A DNA stretch of 63,246 bases, the filler included. It is 7 parts of 7 records of this genome, joined end to end, with 100 filler letters (N's around TTAATTAATTAA, not from the genome) between each part and the next. Parts side by side here need not be neighbours in the genome. Positions count along the whole stretch, not along the records: positions 13,821 to 28,405 come from SRR31156797_34057; positions 28,506 to 42,693 come from SRR31156797_34077; 5 more parts are not named here. One strand, 5' to 3'. A program made the position numbers and the translations under genes. Of this stretch, positions 18,721-29,901 are shown in pieces. How positions within the stretch are numbered: the first letter of the stretch is position 1; the number at the start of each line of letters is the position of its first letter. The notes under the pieces were generated by a model. It worked only from the letters and a program-made list of their open reading frames with translations. It was not told the DNA's origin and made no database searches.

Positions 18721-20211
18721 CTAGGTTTTTCTACCGGCCTTATGGTCGGTCGGTAGGGTTACGGTCGCAATCAATCCGCCGTCGGGCCGGTTGGCAAGCG
18801 TAACCTCGCCGCCGTGGGCCCGAATGACCGAGCGCACCACCGCCAGTCCCAATCCGACGCCCCCCGTTTCGCGGCTGCGCGATCCCTCCTCCCGATAAAA
18901 GGCGGTGAAAACCTTTTCCAACTGGTCTTCCGAAATACCGGGGCCGTCGTCAGAAACGCTCACCACAACGTCCTTTGTATCGGCGACCAGTTTGATCCGG
19001 GCAACACCGCCGTACTTGATGGCATTGTCGATCAGGTTGGAAAACGCGCGCTTCAAGGCGACGGGTGCACCGTCGAAAACAAGATGCGGTACACCGTCAT
19101 ATTCGACCCGGTTTCCGGTATCGGTGTTTTCATCGCACAGGCTTTGTAAAAGATCGGCCAGATCCAGGCGGACGCGTTCTTCGCGGGCGACATCGTCCCG
19201 GGCGAAGGAAAGCGTCGCCGCGATCATTGCTTCCATGTCTTCCAGGTCGTTCAACATCTTGCGCCGTTGTTCCTCGTCTTCGACGAACTCGGCGCGCAGG
19301 CGCATGCGGGTGATGGGGGTGCGAAGGTCGTGGGATATGGCGGCCAGCATTTGCGTTCGATCGTCGATGAAACTGCGGACCCGTGTCTGCATTTCGTTGA
19401 AGGCCCGGGCCGCGCGGCCGACCTCGATCGGTCCCTTTTCGTTCATCGGCGGCGCATTGACGTCGCGGCCCAGTCGTTCCGCGGCGCGTGCGAACATGGC
19501 CAGGGGGGCCGTCGCCCGCCAGACGGCGAAAACGGAAATCGAAATGACCAGCAACGCGGCAATCAAAACCGGCGGAAAGACGGCTGCCGTCCAGAACGGC
19601 CTGATTTCCCAAGCCGGCCGAATGAAGTTGAGCCAACTTCCGTCCTCGATCCGAAGGGAAATGACGGCAATCCGATCCGGTAAATGAAATTCCTGTATGT
19701 CGCGGCTTCGGCCCATTCCCATTGTGTTTCCGAACGGCCTTTCACCGAAGGATCTCTCGCCGCGCCGCATGCCGGGCCCCATTCGTCCCTGCCTGTCTCC
19801 CGATGTTGGCACCGGCAACCTCTCAAGATCCTTCGGGCCGATGATGTTGACCTCCAAACGATCTTCGGCCGCCTCGCCCAGCTCTTCGATTAAAGCCGCT
19901 CGCAGGGTGTCGGCCCAGGGGGCGATGCCGACGGATTCCGGGAAAACAACGCGCTCCGGCGTCCAGATCACCCGCATGCCCCGGCTTTGCAGTTGACGGG
20001 ACAATGCCGGGCGGCCCGATGGCGGTGTGTTTTCCAGTACCGGGGCGAGCGAAGCGATTCCCTGTGCGGCCTGCCTGGCCACTGTGTTGGAAAGCGCCTG
20101 CGATCTCTCGTTCCAATGAACGGCGAAACCGATCAGGTTGGATATCAGAAGGCCGGCAAGCAGTACGAATACCGTCCGACCGATCAGGCTGCGCGGCCAG
20201 ATGCGGGTCAT
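18721..20211 (-). CDS. Membrane sensor histidine kinase (HAMP-HisKA-HATPase)
   Basis: Two TM segments, HAMP, AISHDLRTPITR H-box, NLIDNAIKYG, DDGPGI, GGVGLGLA. Confidence 0.93.
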   Translation of the reverse strand: MTRIWPRSLIGRTVFVLLAGLLISNLIGFAVHWNERSQALSNTVARQAAQGIASLAPVLENTPPSGRPALSRQLQSRGMRVIWTPERVVFPESVGIAPWADTLRAALIEELGEAAEDRLEVNIIGPKDLERLPVPTSGDRQGRMGPGMRRGERSFGERPFGNTMGMGRSRDIQEFHLPDRIAVISLRIEDGSWLNFIRPAWEIRPFWTAAVFPPVLIAALLVISISVFAVWRATAPLAMFARAAERLGRDVNAPPMNEKGPIEVGRAARAFNEMQTRVRSFIDDRTQMLAAISHDLRTPITRMRLRAEFVEDEEQRRKMLNDLEDMEAMIAATLSFARDDVAREERVRLDLADLLQSLCDENTDTGNRVEYDGVPHLVFDGAPVALKRAFSNLIDNAIKYGGVARIKLVADTKDVVVSVSDDGPGISEDQLEKVFTAFYREEGSRSRETGGVGLGLAVVRSVIRAHGGEVTLANRPDGGLIATVTLPTDHKAGRKT

Positions 20212-20945
20212 TTCCGCTCTACGGCCGGGGTGAACATATAGCCGCCGCCCCTGATCGTTTTGATGAACGTCGGTTTGGCCGGGTCCGGTTCGATTTTGCG
20301 GCGAAGCCGGCTGACCTGGACGTCGATGGCGCGATCGAACGGCTGCGAATCGCGTCCGCGCGCCAGATCGAGGAGCTGTTCCCGGGTCAGCACCCGCTGC
20401 GGTCTAGACACGAAAGCGGCCAGAAGCTCGTATTCGCCGCCGCTCAATTGCACCAGGACGCCGTCGGGCGATGTCAGTTCCCGCCGGTCCAGGTTGAGCT
20501 TCCATTCGGCGAAGACCATAATCGTTTCGCCGTCGGCTTCCTCGATGTCGCGAACCGCCCGCCGGCCCGGCTGTTGGTCCGACCGGCGAAGCACCGCTTT
20601 GATCCGCGCCAACAGCTCACGTGGATTGAACGGTTTCGCCAGATAATCGTCGGCGCCCATTTCCAGACCGATGATGCGATCGGTTTCCTCGCCCATGGCG
20701 GTCAGCATGATGACCGGCAAATTAGACTCGGCCCGTAGGTTGCGGCAAAGCGTCAGGCCGTCCTCCCCGGGGAGCATCAGGTCGAGCACGATCAGATCGA
20801 TCGCCCAGTCCTTCGTGGCCTTGGCCATTTCGCGGCCATCGGCGGCGGTCGACACCCGGTAGCCGTGCTTGGTCAGGAACCGCGCCAAAAGGTCGCGGAT
20901 TTCACGGTCGTCATCGACGACGAGGATATGCGGTGTGCTTTCCAT
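20208..20945 (-). CDS. OmpR-family response regulator
   Basis: Probable start MESTPHILVVDDD (ATG 20945); LDLMLPGEDG, GADDYLAKPF, DRAIDVQVSRLRRK, IKTIRGGGY. Confidence 0.93.
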   Translation of the reverse strand: MESTPHILVVDDDREIRDLLARFLTKHGYRVSTAADGREMAKATKDWAIDLIVLDLMLPGEDGLTLCRNLRAESNLPVIMLTAMGEETDRIIGLEMGADDYLAKPFNPRELLARIKAVLRRSDQQPGRRAVRDIEEADGETIMVFAEWKLNLDRRELTSPDGVLVQLSGGEYELLAAFVSRPQRVLTREQLLDLARGRDSQPFDRAIDVQVSRLRRKIEPDPAKPTFIKTIRGGGYMFTPAVERK

Positions 20946-21019
20946 GGTTCGAATATACCCAAGTTGGCGCTTTTGGCCGTGAAAAATGCGTAACCCGTTG
21001 TTGCCGGCAGAGTGTCGGA

Positions 21020-21033
21020 AACATTCGGTTACA
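21020..21033. promoter_or_regulatory. OmpR-family (RstA-box-like) direct repeat
   Basis: AACATTCGGTTACA versus the RstA consensus TACATNTNGTTACA, in the divergent intergenic region. Confidence 0.45.
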
Positions 21034-21119
21034 AAAAACCGGGCGCACAGCAATCCGCGGGAAACAGTCATCGGTTTCAATGGGGTCATTCGAATTTGAT
21101 CCCGTGAACGGAGAAAACC

Positions 21120-21920
21120 ATGAAACGCTCGACCTTCGCATTTGCCGCAATCATCGCTCCGGCCGCGATTGGATTGACGATTGCCTTCAGCCCGGCCGTT
21201 TCGGCCGATGGAACCCAACTTGCATTCGGTGGTCCCGGATACGGCATGGGGCCCGGCGCCGCCATGGGCCGCGGCGGCATGATGGGCGGCCGTACCGGAA
21301 CCTGGCCTGGCGCCTATATGGTCGATGCCGACCGCGACGGCACCGTGACCGTCGACGAAGTGAAGAATTTCATCGATTCTCGCCACGCCATGCGCGGCTT
21401 CGAGGACTTCAAGGTCGGCGAAATCAAAGAGGCCGACGAAAACAGCATCACCGCCAAGATCCTTGATGCCAAGGGGGCCGAGGTCCGCACCCTTACCTTC
21501 CCGCGCAAGATCAGTGCCGCCGGCGTCGCAAATCCCGCCTATCCCGGCCAGGGATACGGCATGCGCGGCGGTCGCGGTGGAGGCTATGCCGCTCGCGGTG
21601 GCAGAGGCGGTTACAACATGTCGGGCCGCATGGGTGGTGGCCGCATGGGCAACTACGGTGCCGGCAGCCCGGATTTCCGCGCCGGCATGGGTTACGGCAT
21701 GACCGGTGGCCTGCAGGCCGACGGCGAAGTGACGGTCGATGAAATCCGCGGCCTTCTCGAACAACGCCTGACCATGTGGAAAAATCCGAACCTCAAGATC
21801 GGCGAGATCACCGACAAGGACGAATACACCATCGCGGCACAGATCGTGACGAAGGACGGCTCACTCGTGCAAACCCTGGAATTCAACAAAAAGACAGGCA
21901 GACCTGTGTGGAATCGCTAA
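21120..21920 (+). CDS. Secreted Gly/Met-rich protein with an internally duplicated ~60-aa domain
   Basis: GGAG RBS, signal peptide (AVSA-D), GYGMG/RGG linkers, two copies of DG.VTVDE....K(V/I)GEI...DE..I.A.I....G..V.TL.F. Confidence 0.8.
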   Translation: MKRSTFAFAAIIAPAAIGLTIAFSPAVSADGTQLAFGGPGYGMGPGAAMGRGGMMGGRTGTWPGAYMVDADRDGTVTVDEVKNFIDSRHAMRGFEDFKVGEIKEADENSITAKILDAKGAEVRTLTFPRKISAAGVANPAYPGQGYGMRGGRGGGYAARGGRGGYNMSGRMGGGRMGNYGAGSPDFRAGMGYGMTGGLQADGEVTVDEIRGLLEQRLTMWKNPNLKIGEITDKDEYTIAAQIVTKDGSLVQTLEFNKKTGRPVWNR

Positions 21921-21945
21921 CCCCGCATTGCGGTTCCGCATCGAC

Positions 21946-21977
21946 GGCCGGCCCCGGCAAGGGGCCGGCCTTTTTTT
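21946..21977 (+). terminator. Intrinsic terminator
   Basis: GGCCGGCCCC-GGCAA-GGGGCCGGCC followed by T7. Confidence 0.9.
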
Positions 21978-22100
21978 CGTCTCAAGCATCGATAAACCCG
22001 CCTTTCGAATTTCCTTGCTATGGTCAACCCATTGCCAAACCGACAAACATCCCAAATGTTAAGGGGTGGTTTCACCGGTGTTGCCGCGATGGAGTATGGA

Positions 22101-23762
22101 ATGCTTTTGCGAAAATGGGTTTCGGCGTTGTTCGGGATTGGCTTGCTGGCGTTCGGCGGTGCCGCCCATGCGGCCAAGGACGAATTGGTCATCGGCATCA
22201 CCCAGTTCCCGTCGTCGTTCCACCCCAGCATCGATTCGATGATGGCAAAAAGCTATGTGCTGGCCATGACTCGGCGGCCCTTCACCACCTTCGACAAGGA
22301 CTGGAACCTGATCTGCATGCTGTGCACACGCCTGCCCAGCATCGAAAACGGCTTGGCGGTACCGGAAAAGACGCCCGACGGCAAGCAGGGCATCGCCGTT
22401 ACATTCTCGATCCATCCGAATGCCGTATGGGGTGACGGTGCCGCCATCACCACCAAGGACGTGCTGTTCACCTGGAAGGTCGGCAAGCATGAAAAATCCG
22501 GCGTCTCAAATCTCGAGCTCTATCGCAGTCTCTATAAGATCGACGTCAAGAACGACAAGACCTTCACCCTGCATTTCGACAAGCTGGATTTCAATTACGC
22601 CGCCATCAACGATTTCCTGCTGCTTCCGGCCCATCTCGAAACCGTTCCCTTCGCCGAACCGGCCGAATACAAGCACCGCACGGCCTTCGACACCGACACG
22701 CTCAACGAAGGCCTTTATTTCGGGCCCTACCTGATCGCCGAGGTGAAATCCGGCTCTTACGTTGTGCTCGAACCCAATCCCAAATGGTGGGGCGACAAGC
22801 CCGCATTCAGGCGCATAATCGTCAAGGTGGTCGAAAATACGGCGGCGCTGGAAGCCAACCTGCTGTCCGGCGGTATCGACATGATCGCCGGCGAATTGGG
22901 ACTGACCATCGATCAGGCGTTGGCGCTCGAAAAGCGCCACGGTCGGCGCTTTACCTTCAATTACCGGGCGGGCCTGATCTACGAGCATGTCGACCTCAAC
23001 CTGGAGAACCCGATCCTGGCCGACATCCGGGTTCGCCGGGCGCTGATCCATGCCATCGACCGCGATGCCATCAGCCAACAGCTGTTCGAAGGCCGCCAGC
23101 CGGTCGCCCACACCAGCGTCAGTCCGCTCGATTGGGTCTATGCCGACGATATCCCCCACTATGCCCATGATTCGAAAAAGGCGGCAAAACTGTTGGCCGA
23201 GGCCGGATGGGGGCGCATGCAGCGTGGTGTCCGGGTCAATGATCGTGGCGAGCCCCTGACCATCGAAATCATGACGACGGCGGGAAACCGCACCCGCGAA
23301 CTGGTCGAACAGGTCCTGCAAAGCCAGTGGCGAAAGCTCGGCATCGACGTGCGGATCCGTAACCAGCCGGCCCGCGTGCTTTTCGGCCAGACCCTGACCG
23401 AACGTCGGTTTACGGGAATGAGCATGTACGCCTGGATGTCCTCGCCCGAGAACGTGCCGCGCACGACCCTGCATTCATCCCACATCCCGACGCCGCAAAA
23501 CAACTTCGCTGGCCAGAACTATATGGCTTACCGCAACGCCGAAATGGACGACCTGATCGACAGGATCGAGGTCGAACTGGATCGCGAGAAAAGGCGCATC
23601 ATGTGGCGCCGCATCCAGGAGATCTATGCCGAGGAACTTCCCGTTATTCCGCTCTATTTCCGGGCCAACGCCTTCGTGCTTCCGAAATGGCTGAAGGGTG
23701 TGGAACCCACTGGCCACCAGTACCCGACCAGCCTGTGGGTGGAGCACTGGCGGGCGGAGTAA
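22101..23762 (+). CDS. Peptide/nickel ABC transporter substrate-binding protein (family 5)
   Basis: Signal peptide AHA-A, WGDG..IT..DV.FT, GPY, VRRAL..AIDR, PVIPLY; GGAG before ATG 22101. Confidence 0.9.
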   Translation: MLLRKWVSALFGIGLLAFGGAAHAAKDELVIGITQFPSSFHPSIDSMMAKSYVLAMTRRPFTTFDKDWNLICMLCTRLPSIENGLAVPEKTPDGKQGIAVTFSIHPNAVWGDGAAITTKDVLFTWKVGKHEKSGVSNLELYRSLYKIDVKNDKTFTLHFDKLDFNYAAINDFLLLPAHLETVPFAEPAEYKHRTAFDTDTLNEGLYFGPYLIAEVKSGSYVVLEPNPKWWGDKPAFRRIIVKVVENTAALEANLLSGGIDMIAGELGLTIDQALALEKRHGRRFTFNYRAGLIYEHVDLNLENPILADIRVRRALIHAIDRDAISQQLFEGRQPVAHTSVSPLDWVYADDIPHYAHDSKKAAKLLAEAGWGRMQRGVRVNDRGEPLTIEIMTTAGNRTRELVEQVLQSQWRKLGIDVRIRNQPARVLFGQTLTERRFTGMSMYAWMSSPENVPRTTLHSSHIPTPQNNFAGQNYMAYRNAEMDDLIDRIEVELDREKRRIMWRRIQEIYAEELPVIPLYFRANAFVLPKWLKGVEPTGHQYPTSLWVEHWRAE

Positions 23763-23860
23763 TGAACCCACAAGGAGCTTAACAACCTATTTTTGGTATT
23801 GAACCCCAAATCGATCAATCATAACGTGAAATTGGTGGTGATTGAAATGGGGGAAGGGTC

Positions 23861-24568
23861 ATGAGGGCATGGTTTTACGTGGCCGTTTTGGTTTTTACGG
23901 TTGGGGATACCGCGTCGGCCGAAACGGTGTTATCTGCCGCTGACGCCCAGCCGGGATCTAGGTTTTACAACTATTCTTTTTCCCAGGGGTTTCACCCAAC
24001 GCTGGAATATTTTGCCAAAGATTTCGATAGAAGAACCGGATTTCGATGTGAATCGAAATACAAAATCAAAACGATCAACTTGTTTATCAATACCAATGCT
24101 CCGATCAACTTTCCCGAAAACGCAGATCATCCGACACAAGGCTCCTGGATGATTCGTTATCAGGCAGATCGCTGCGGGCAAGATAGCATTTTGAGCGCTC
24201 TGTTTTGGGCCAAACCGAATGGACCGATGGACAAAGCGCCTGGAATTCCAGGTACAACCAAAGGCGATCTCTTTCTTCAATTGGATACCTACAAAAGCGC
24301 ATCCGTTATTGCGGCGGCTTATCTGAAAGTGGCCGATATCAAATGCGGTTCACTCGAGCTTCTCAATACCGAACCTTCGGGCAATGTCGAAACAGCGATA
24401 GTCAACGGTGTTAAAGTTCCAGTTAAGTGGAACGAAACGTGGACCTTCGTTCGGTGCGGCTATGAAGTCTTGGTGCCCGTTTACTTCGAAGCGAGCCCGC
24501 AAGGTGGCACGGATTTTTCGATCGAAAGCAAGAATGTAAAGCTGGTTAAATCGAAAACACATAGATGA
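23861..24568 (+). CDS. Hypothetical secreted protein, lower GC than flanks
   Basis: Signal peptide (ASA-E), four Cys, WNETWTFVRCG; purine-rich RBS. Confidence 0.65.
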   Translation: MRAWFYVAVLVFTVGDTASAETVLSAADAQPGSRFYNYSFSQGFHPTLEYFAKDFDRRTGFRCESKYKIKTINLFINTNAPINFPENADHPTQGSWMIRYQADRCGQDSILSALFWAKPNGPMDKAPGIPGTTKGDLFLQLDTYKSASVIAAAYLKVADIKCGSLELLNTEPSGNVETAIVNGVKVPVKWNETWTFVRCGYEVLVPVYFEASPQGGTDFSIESKNVKLVKSKTHR

Positions 24569-24649
24569 GTGTTTTCAAGTGTGCCTTCCCATTTGTCAAA
24601 TCATTGAAAAACGTGCAGATTTCGGTTCGGGAGCAACCGCGCGGGTTAC

Positions 24650-25620
24650 GTGATGGCGGCCGAACCGGTTCTGCAGGTCGATGATCTGAAGGTGGCCTTC
24701 GCCACCGATCGCGGCACCGTGCGTGCCGCCGATGGCGTTTCCTTTGCGCTTGTACCCGGCAAAACCCTCGGCTTGGTCGGCGAAAGCGGCTGCGGCAAAT
24801 CGATGACGGCGCTATCCATCCTCGGGCTGTTGCCGCCGCCGGGGCGCATCGAGGGCGGCGAAATCCGGTTTTCGGGCCGCAATCTGGTCGGCATGCCGGA
24901 ATCCGAGCTCGATGCCGTTCGCGGCCGGCGCATTTCGATGATCTTCCAGGAACCGATGACGGCGCTGAACCCGGTATTCAGTGTCGGTGAACAGATTGCC
25001 GAAATGCTGCGTGTTCACCTGTCTGCCCCGAAAAAGGAAGCCTGGGACGCGGCCGTAGACATGATGCGCCGTGTCGGCATCCCGGATGCGGCGGCGCGGG
25101 CGGGCAACTTTCCGCACCAGTTGTCCGGCGGCATGCGGCAGCGCGCCATGATCGCCATGGCGATGGTTTGCAAGCCCGACGTGCTGATCGCCGACGAACC
25201 GACAACGGCGCTGGATGTCACGGTACAGGCACAGATCCTCGATCTGATGCTGGAAATGCAGGCCGAAATGAAAACCGCCATCCTGTTTATCAGCCACGAC
25301 CTCGGCGTCGTTTCGGAAATCGCCGACGACGTCATGGTGATGTATGCCGGCCGCATCGTCGAACGATCGCCGGCCGACATGCTGTTCGGCGCGCCGTTGC
25401 ATCCCTATACGCTCGGGCTGATGAAGACGCTGCCGCGGTTCGGCCGACGCTTGGGCCGTCTGCCCTCGATGCCGGGAAACGTGCCGGATCTGACCGATCT
25501 GCCGCCGGGATGCCGCTATTCGAGCCGCTGCGAATGGGCCGATGATGCTTGCAGTGCCACCGTGCCCGAATTGAAGCGGGCTGGCGCCGGGCGTTCGGTC
25601 GCCTGCCTGAAGGTGGCGCC

Positions 25621-25624
<4 letters not shown>
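24650..25624 (+). CDS. Oligopeptide ABC ATPase (OppD/DppD-like)
   Basis: [41 protein letters not shown]-terminal Cys cluster. Confidence 0.93.
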
Positions 25625-26609
<985 letters not shown>

Positions 26610-26613
<4 letters not shown>

Positions 26614-27563
26614 CCCGGTTTCTGTTGCAAAGGTTCTGGCAGGCGGTGCTGGTCCTGGCGCTGATGTCGTTTGTCATCTATGGGCTGATGGGCTTGATGC
26701 CGGGCGACCCGATCGACCTGATGATCAGTTCCGACCCGAATATCACGTCCGACGACGCGGCCCGCCTGCGTACCCTGTACGGCCTCGACAAGCCGATCGT
26801 CGAGCGCTACGGCAACTGGGCGACCGCCGCGCTGAGCGGCGATTTCGGCTATTCGCGGGTGCATTCGCGCCCGGTGCCGGAAGTCCTGATACCGGCGCTG
26901 TCAAACACGCTCAAGCTTTTGGGCCTGGCGCTATTCATTTCCATCGCCATAAGCATTCCGTTGGGCGTTCTTGCCGCCGCGAAGCCCTATTCCCGGATCG
27001 ATTACGCGGTCAATCTGTTGGCCTTCGCCGGAATATCGGTGCCGGTTTTCTGGCTCGGCCTGCTGCTGATCATCGTTTTTTCGGTGATGCTCGGAATTCT
27101 GCCGGCGGGCGGCACGGCGACCATCGGCGAGACCGGGTTCTGGGATCAATTGCGCCATCTGATTCTGCCCGCCGCGACCCTGATTATCGCCAGCGTCGGC
27201 GGTCATACGCGTTATGTGCGTTCGGCCATGATCGAGGTCATGCGCGCCGATTATATCCGTACCGCCAGGGCCAAGGGCCTGGGGCGGCGGCGGGTTCTGC
27301 TGAAACACGCGCTTCGCAACGCCATGATCCCGGTCACGACCATCGTCGCGCTTGACCTGGGATTCCTGTTTTCCGGCGCCCTGGTGACCGAAACCATCTT
27401 TGCCTATCCGGGCATGGGCAAGATGATCTTCGATGCGATCATGGGCAACGATTTCAATCTGGCGCTGATCGCCCTGATGTTCGCGACGCTTCTGACCGTC
27501 ATCGGCAATCTGCTGGCCGATTTGGCCTATGCCTGGCTCGATCCAAGGATTTCGTTCAAATGA
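26610..27563 (+). CDS. Oligopeptide ABC permease (OppB/DppB-like)
   Basis: MPGDP, YGLDKP, GDFGYS, DYIRTARAKGL, ETIFAYPGMG. Confidence 0.93.
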
Positions 27564-28405
27564 GCGCGGCACCGAAAGCCGAGGGAACGCTGGTCCTGGC
27601 AGCCAGACGGTTCAGCCGGCATCGCCTGGCGATGGCCAGCCTGGTGATGCTGATCATCCTTGCCGTCGCCTCGCTGGCGGCGCCACTGGTGGCGGCAATC
27701 CTGGGCATCGATGCCGAATCGGTCGACCTGCTCAACCGCTTTTCCGGTCCAAGTGCGGTCCATCCCCTGGGAACCGACGAACTGGGCCGGGATCTGCTGG
27801 TCCGCCTGTTGTACGGCGGGCAGGTTTCCCTAATGGTCGGCCTGACGGCGGCGCTGGCCGCAGCCGTTATCGGGACAGCCGTTGGTTTGTTTTCGGGATA
27901 CATCGGCGGTCGTTTGGATGCGTTCCTGATGCGTCTGACCGACGGCGTCATATCGTTGCCCCTGCTGCCGCTGCTTATCGTGTTGGCCGCCATCGACCTG
28001 CAGAAGGTCGGGTTGCCCGCTGCCATCACCGATTCCGAACAGGTCAGCCTGTATCGCATCGTTGCCATCGTTGCCATCGTCGGCTGGACGACGGTGGCCC
28101 GTCTGGTGCGGGCGGCGGCGCTCAGCATCCGCGAGCGAGATTTCGTCCAGGCGGCGCAGGCCCAGGGCGCGGGCGCGTTGCGGGTGATGGCGATCCACAT
28201 CCTGCCGAACCTGATCTCGCCGATCATCGTCGCAACCACCCTGTCGGTCGGCAACGTCATCCTTTTGGAATCCGTGCTCAGCTTCCTCGGGCTCGGCATT
28301 CAACCGCCCATACCCAGCTGGGGAAACCTGCTGACCAACGCCCAGGAACTGATCTGGTCGGCGCCGGGTCTCGCTTTCTATCCGGGCATTCTGATTTTCG
28401 TTACC
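27560..28405 (+). CDS. Oligopeptide ABC permease (OppC/DppC-like), 3' partial
   Basis: HPLGTDELGRD, HILPN, LSFLGLG..PP.PSWG; runs into the spacer. Confidence 0.92.
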
Positions 28406-28505
28406 NNNNNNNNNNNNNNNNNNNNNNNNNNNNNNNNNNNNNNNNNNNNTTAATTAATTAANNNNNNNNNNNNNNNNNNNNNNNNNNNNNNNNNNNNNNN
28501 NNNNN
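28406..28505. other. Artificial contig spacer 3
   Basis: N-run with TTAATTAATTAA. Confidence 0.99.
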
Positions 28506-28728
28506 CGTCGCCGTGGAAACCGGTCTTGTGGGAGCAAGCTTCTCTACCAACCTACTGGCGTCCAGAAGCTATGTGGAGATGGTGGGGCAGGCGCCCTGAA
28601 CGTACTGGCAAAAGTCTAGAAACCGGCTGCCGCCAGGGAAAAGATTCCATCGGCGGCAATCGATCATCCGCTATACAGGAGATTGGAGATTCCTTTAATA
28701 AAAAACATCCCTGGAGTATAATTCCGTC

Positions 28729-29769
28729 ATGAGTAAAAGAGTCTCTCTCCAGGAGATAGCCGATTCGTTAGGAATATCGCGGGGAACCGTCGACAGGGCC
28801 ATCCATAACAGAGGAAGGATTAATCCCGACACCAGGAACAGGGTCCTGGAAGAGGCCAGACGGCTGGGGTATATAGACAGAAAGATTGAATCCTTTCTGC
28901 CTCTGCAGCAGAAAAAAACGATTGAAGTTCTGATGCCCGGAGACGATCCCTTCTTCAATAAAATTGAGGAGGGACTCCGAAGGGCCGTCGATAGCGGACC
29001 TTCCGGTTTTTCCATAAGGATCAGTCATATAGCCCTGGAGGAACCGGGTGCCGAAAAAGAAAGACTGGAAGAAATTCTGAAGGCTCCCGGTGAAGTCAAC
29101 GCCGTCATCATCGTTCCCTCCGACAGAGACCGCCTCAACTCATCCATTTCCAGACTCGAGCGGAAGGGGATTCCCGTGGTCACGGTCAACACGGATGCCC
29201 CACGGAGCGGCCGCTCCGTTTTTATAGGCCAGGATCTTTATGCCTCCGGACGGGTTGCCGGTGAAATACTCCTGCAGATAAGCCATGGTCCGATTCTTGT
29301 GCTGAGCGGTTTTGAAAGGATCTGGGCTCATGAAGAGAGACTCAGGGGATTTTTCGATATCTGCAGGGAAAAGGGCCGGGACACAGAGCTTCTGGGCCCC
29401 TACTTTATGCATGACAAGATCGCACGCGCCTATTCGATTCTATCCGAGAACATTGGAAAGTACAGCGCGGTTTACTCTGTCAGCGGTCAGGCCACAGAGG
29501 GTGCCGGAAGCTTTCTTGCCGCAAACAAACTGGATATCCCCCTTGTCGGCTATGACTGCAGTGAAACGAACAGAAAACTCCTCAAGGCCGGGGCCGTGAG
29601 ATCTCTCATATTTCAGTCTCCCGAACTACAGGGGTATCTGGCAGTCAGATGGCTGATCAGATATCTGAGCGACGGCACTCCTCCTGGAAATGAGGGTATC
29701 CAGGCTCCCATCGATGTCTACTTTCGGGAGAATATCGACTTCTTCAGAAATCGTACAGAACTTTTTTAA
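28729..29769 (+). CDS. LacI-family transcriptional regulator
   Basis: SLQEIADSLGISRGTVDRAIHNR HTH plus periplasmic-binding-fold sugar domain (FIGQD.Y.SG..AG). Confidence 0.9.
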   Translation: MSKRVSLQEIADSLGISRGTVDRAIHNRGRINPDTRNRVLEEARRLGYIDRKIESFLPLQQKKTIEVLMPGDDPFFNKIEEGLRRAVDSGPSGFSIRISHIALEEPGAEKERLEEILKAPGEVNAVIIVPSDRDRLNSSISRLERKGIPVVTVNTDAPRSGRSVFIGQDLYASGRVAGEILLQISHGPILVLSGFERIWAHEERLRGFFDICREKGRDTELLGPYFMHDKIARAYSILSENIGKYSAVYSVSGQATEGAGSFLAANKLDIPLVGYDCSETNRKLLKAGAVRSLIFQSPELQGYLAVRWLIRYLSDGTPPGNEGIQAPIDVYFRENIDFFRNRTELF

Positions 29770-29817
29770 TCTGATTTGCGCAAGCAGCCCTCCGTAATGG
29801 ACATTTTGAATTCCAGA

Positions 29818-29883
29818 TGCGTGCAAAAGAACGCTTGACAAGCCGAAAACTGGGCTGATATCATATTGCGTGCATTTGAACGC
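29818..29883 (+). promoter_or_regulatory. Sigma70 promoter bracketed by two operator copies
   Basis: TGCGTGCAAAAGAACGC (29818-29834), TTGACA (29835-29840), TG-n-TATCAT (29856-29864), TGCGTGCATTTGAACGC (29867-29883). Confidence 0.7.
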
Positions 29884-29901
29884 AAACAGATAGGAGATCA
29901 T

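Noticed and set aside
20946-21764. Apparent 270-aa N-terminal extension of the OmpR regulator (518-aa ORF)
   Set aside because: It is the antisense of the divergent secreted protein gene; the receiver domain starts at ATG 20945.
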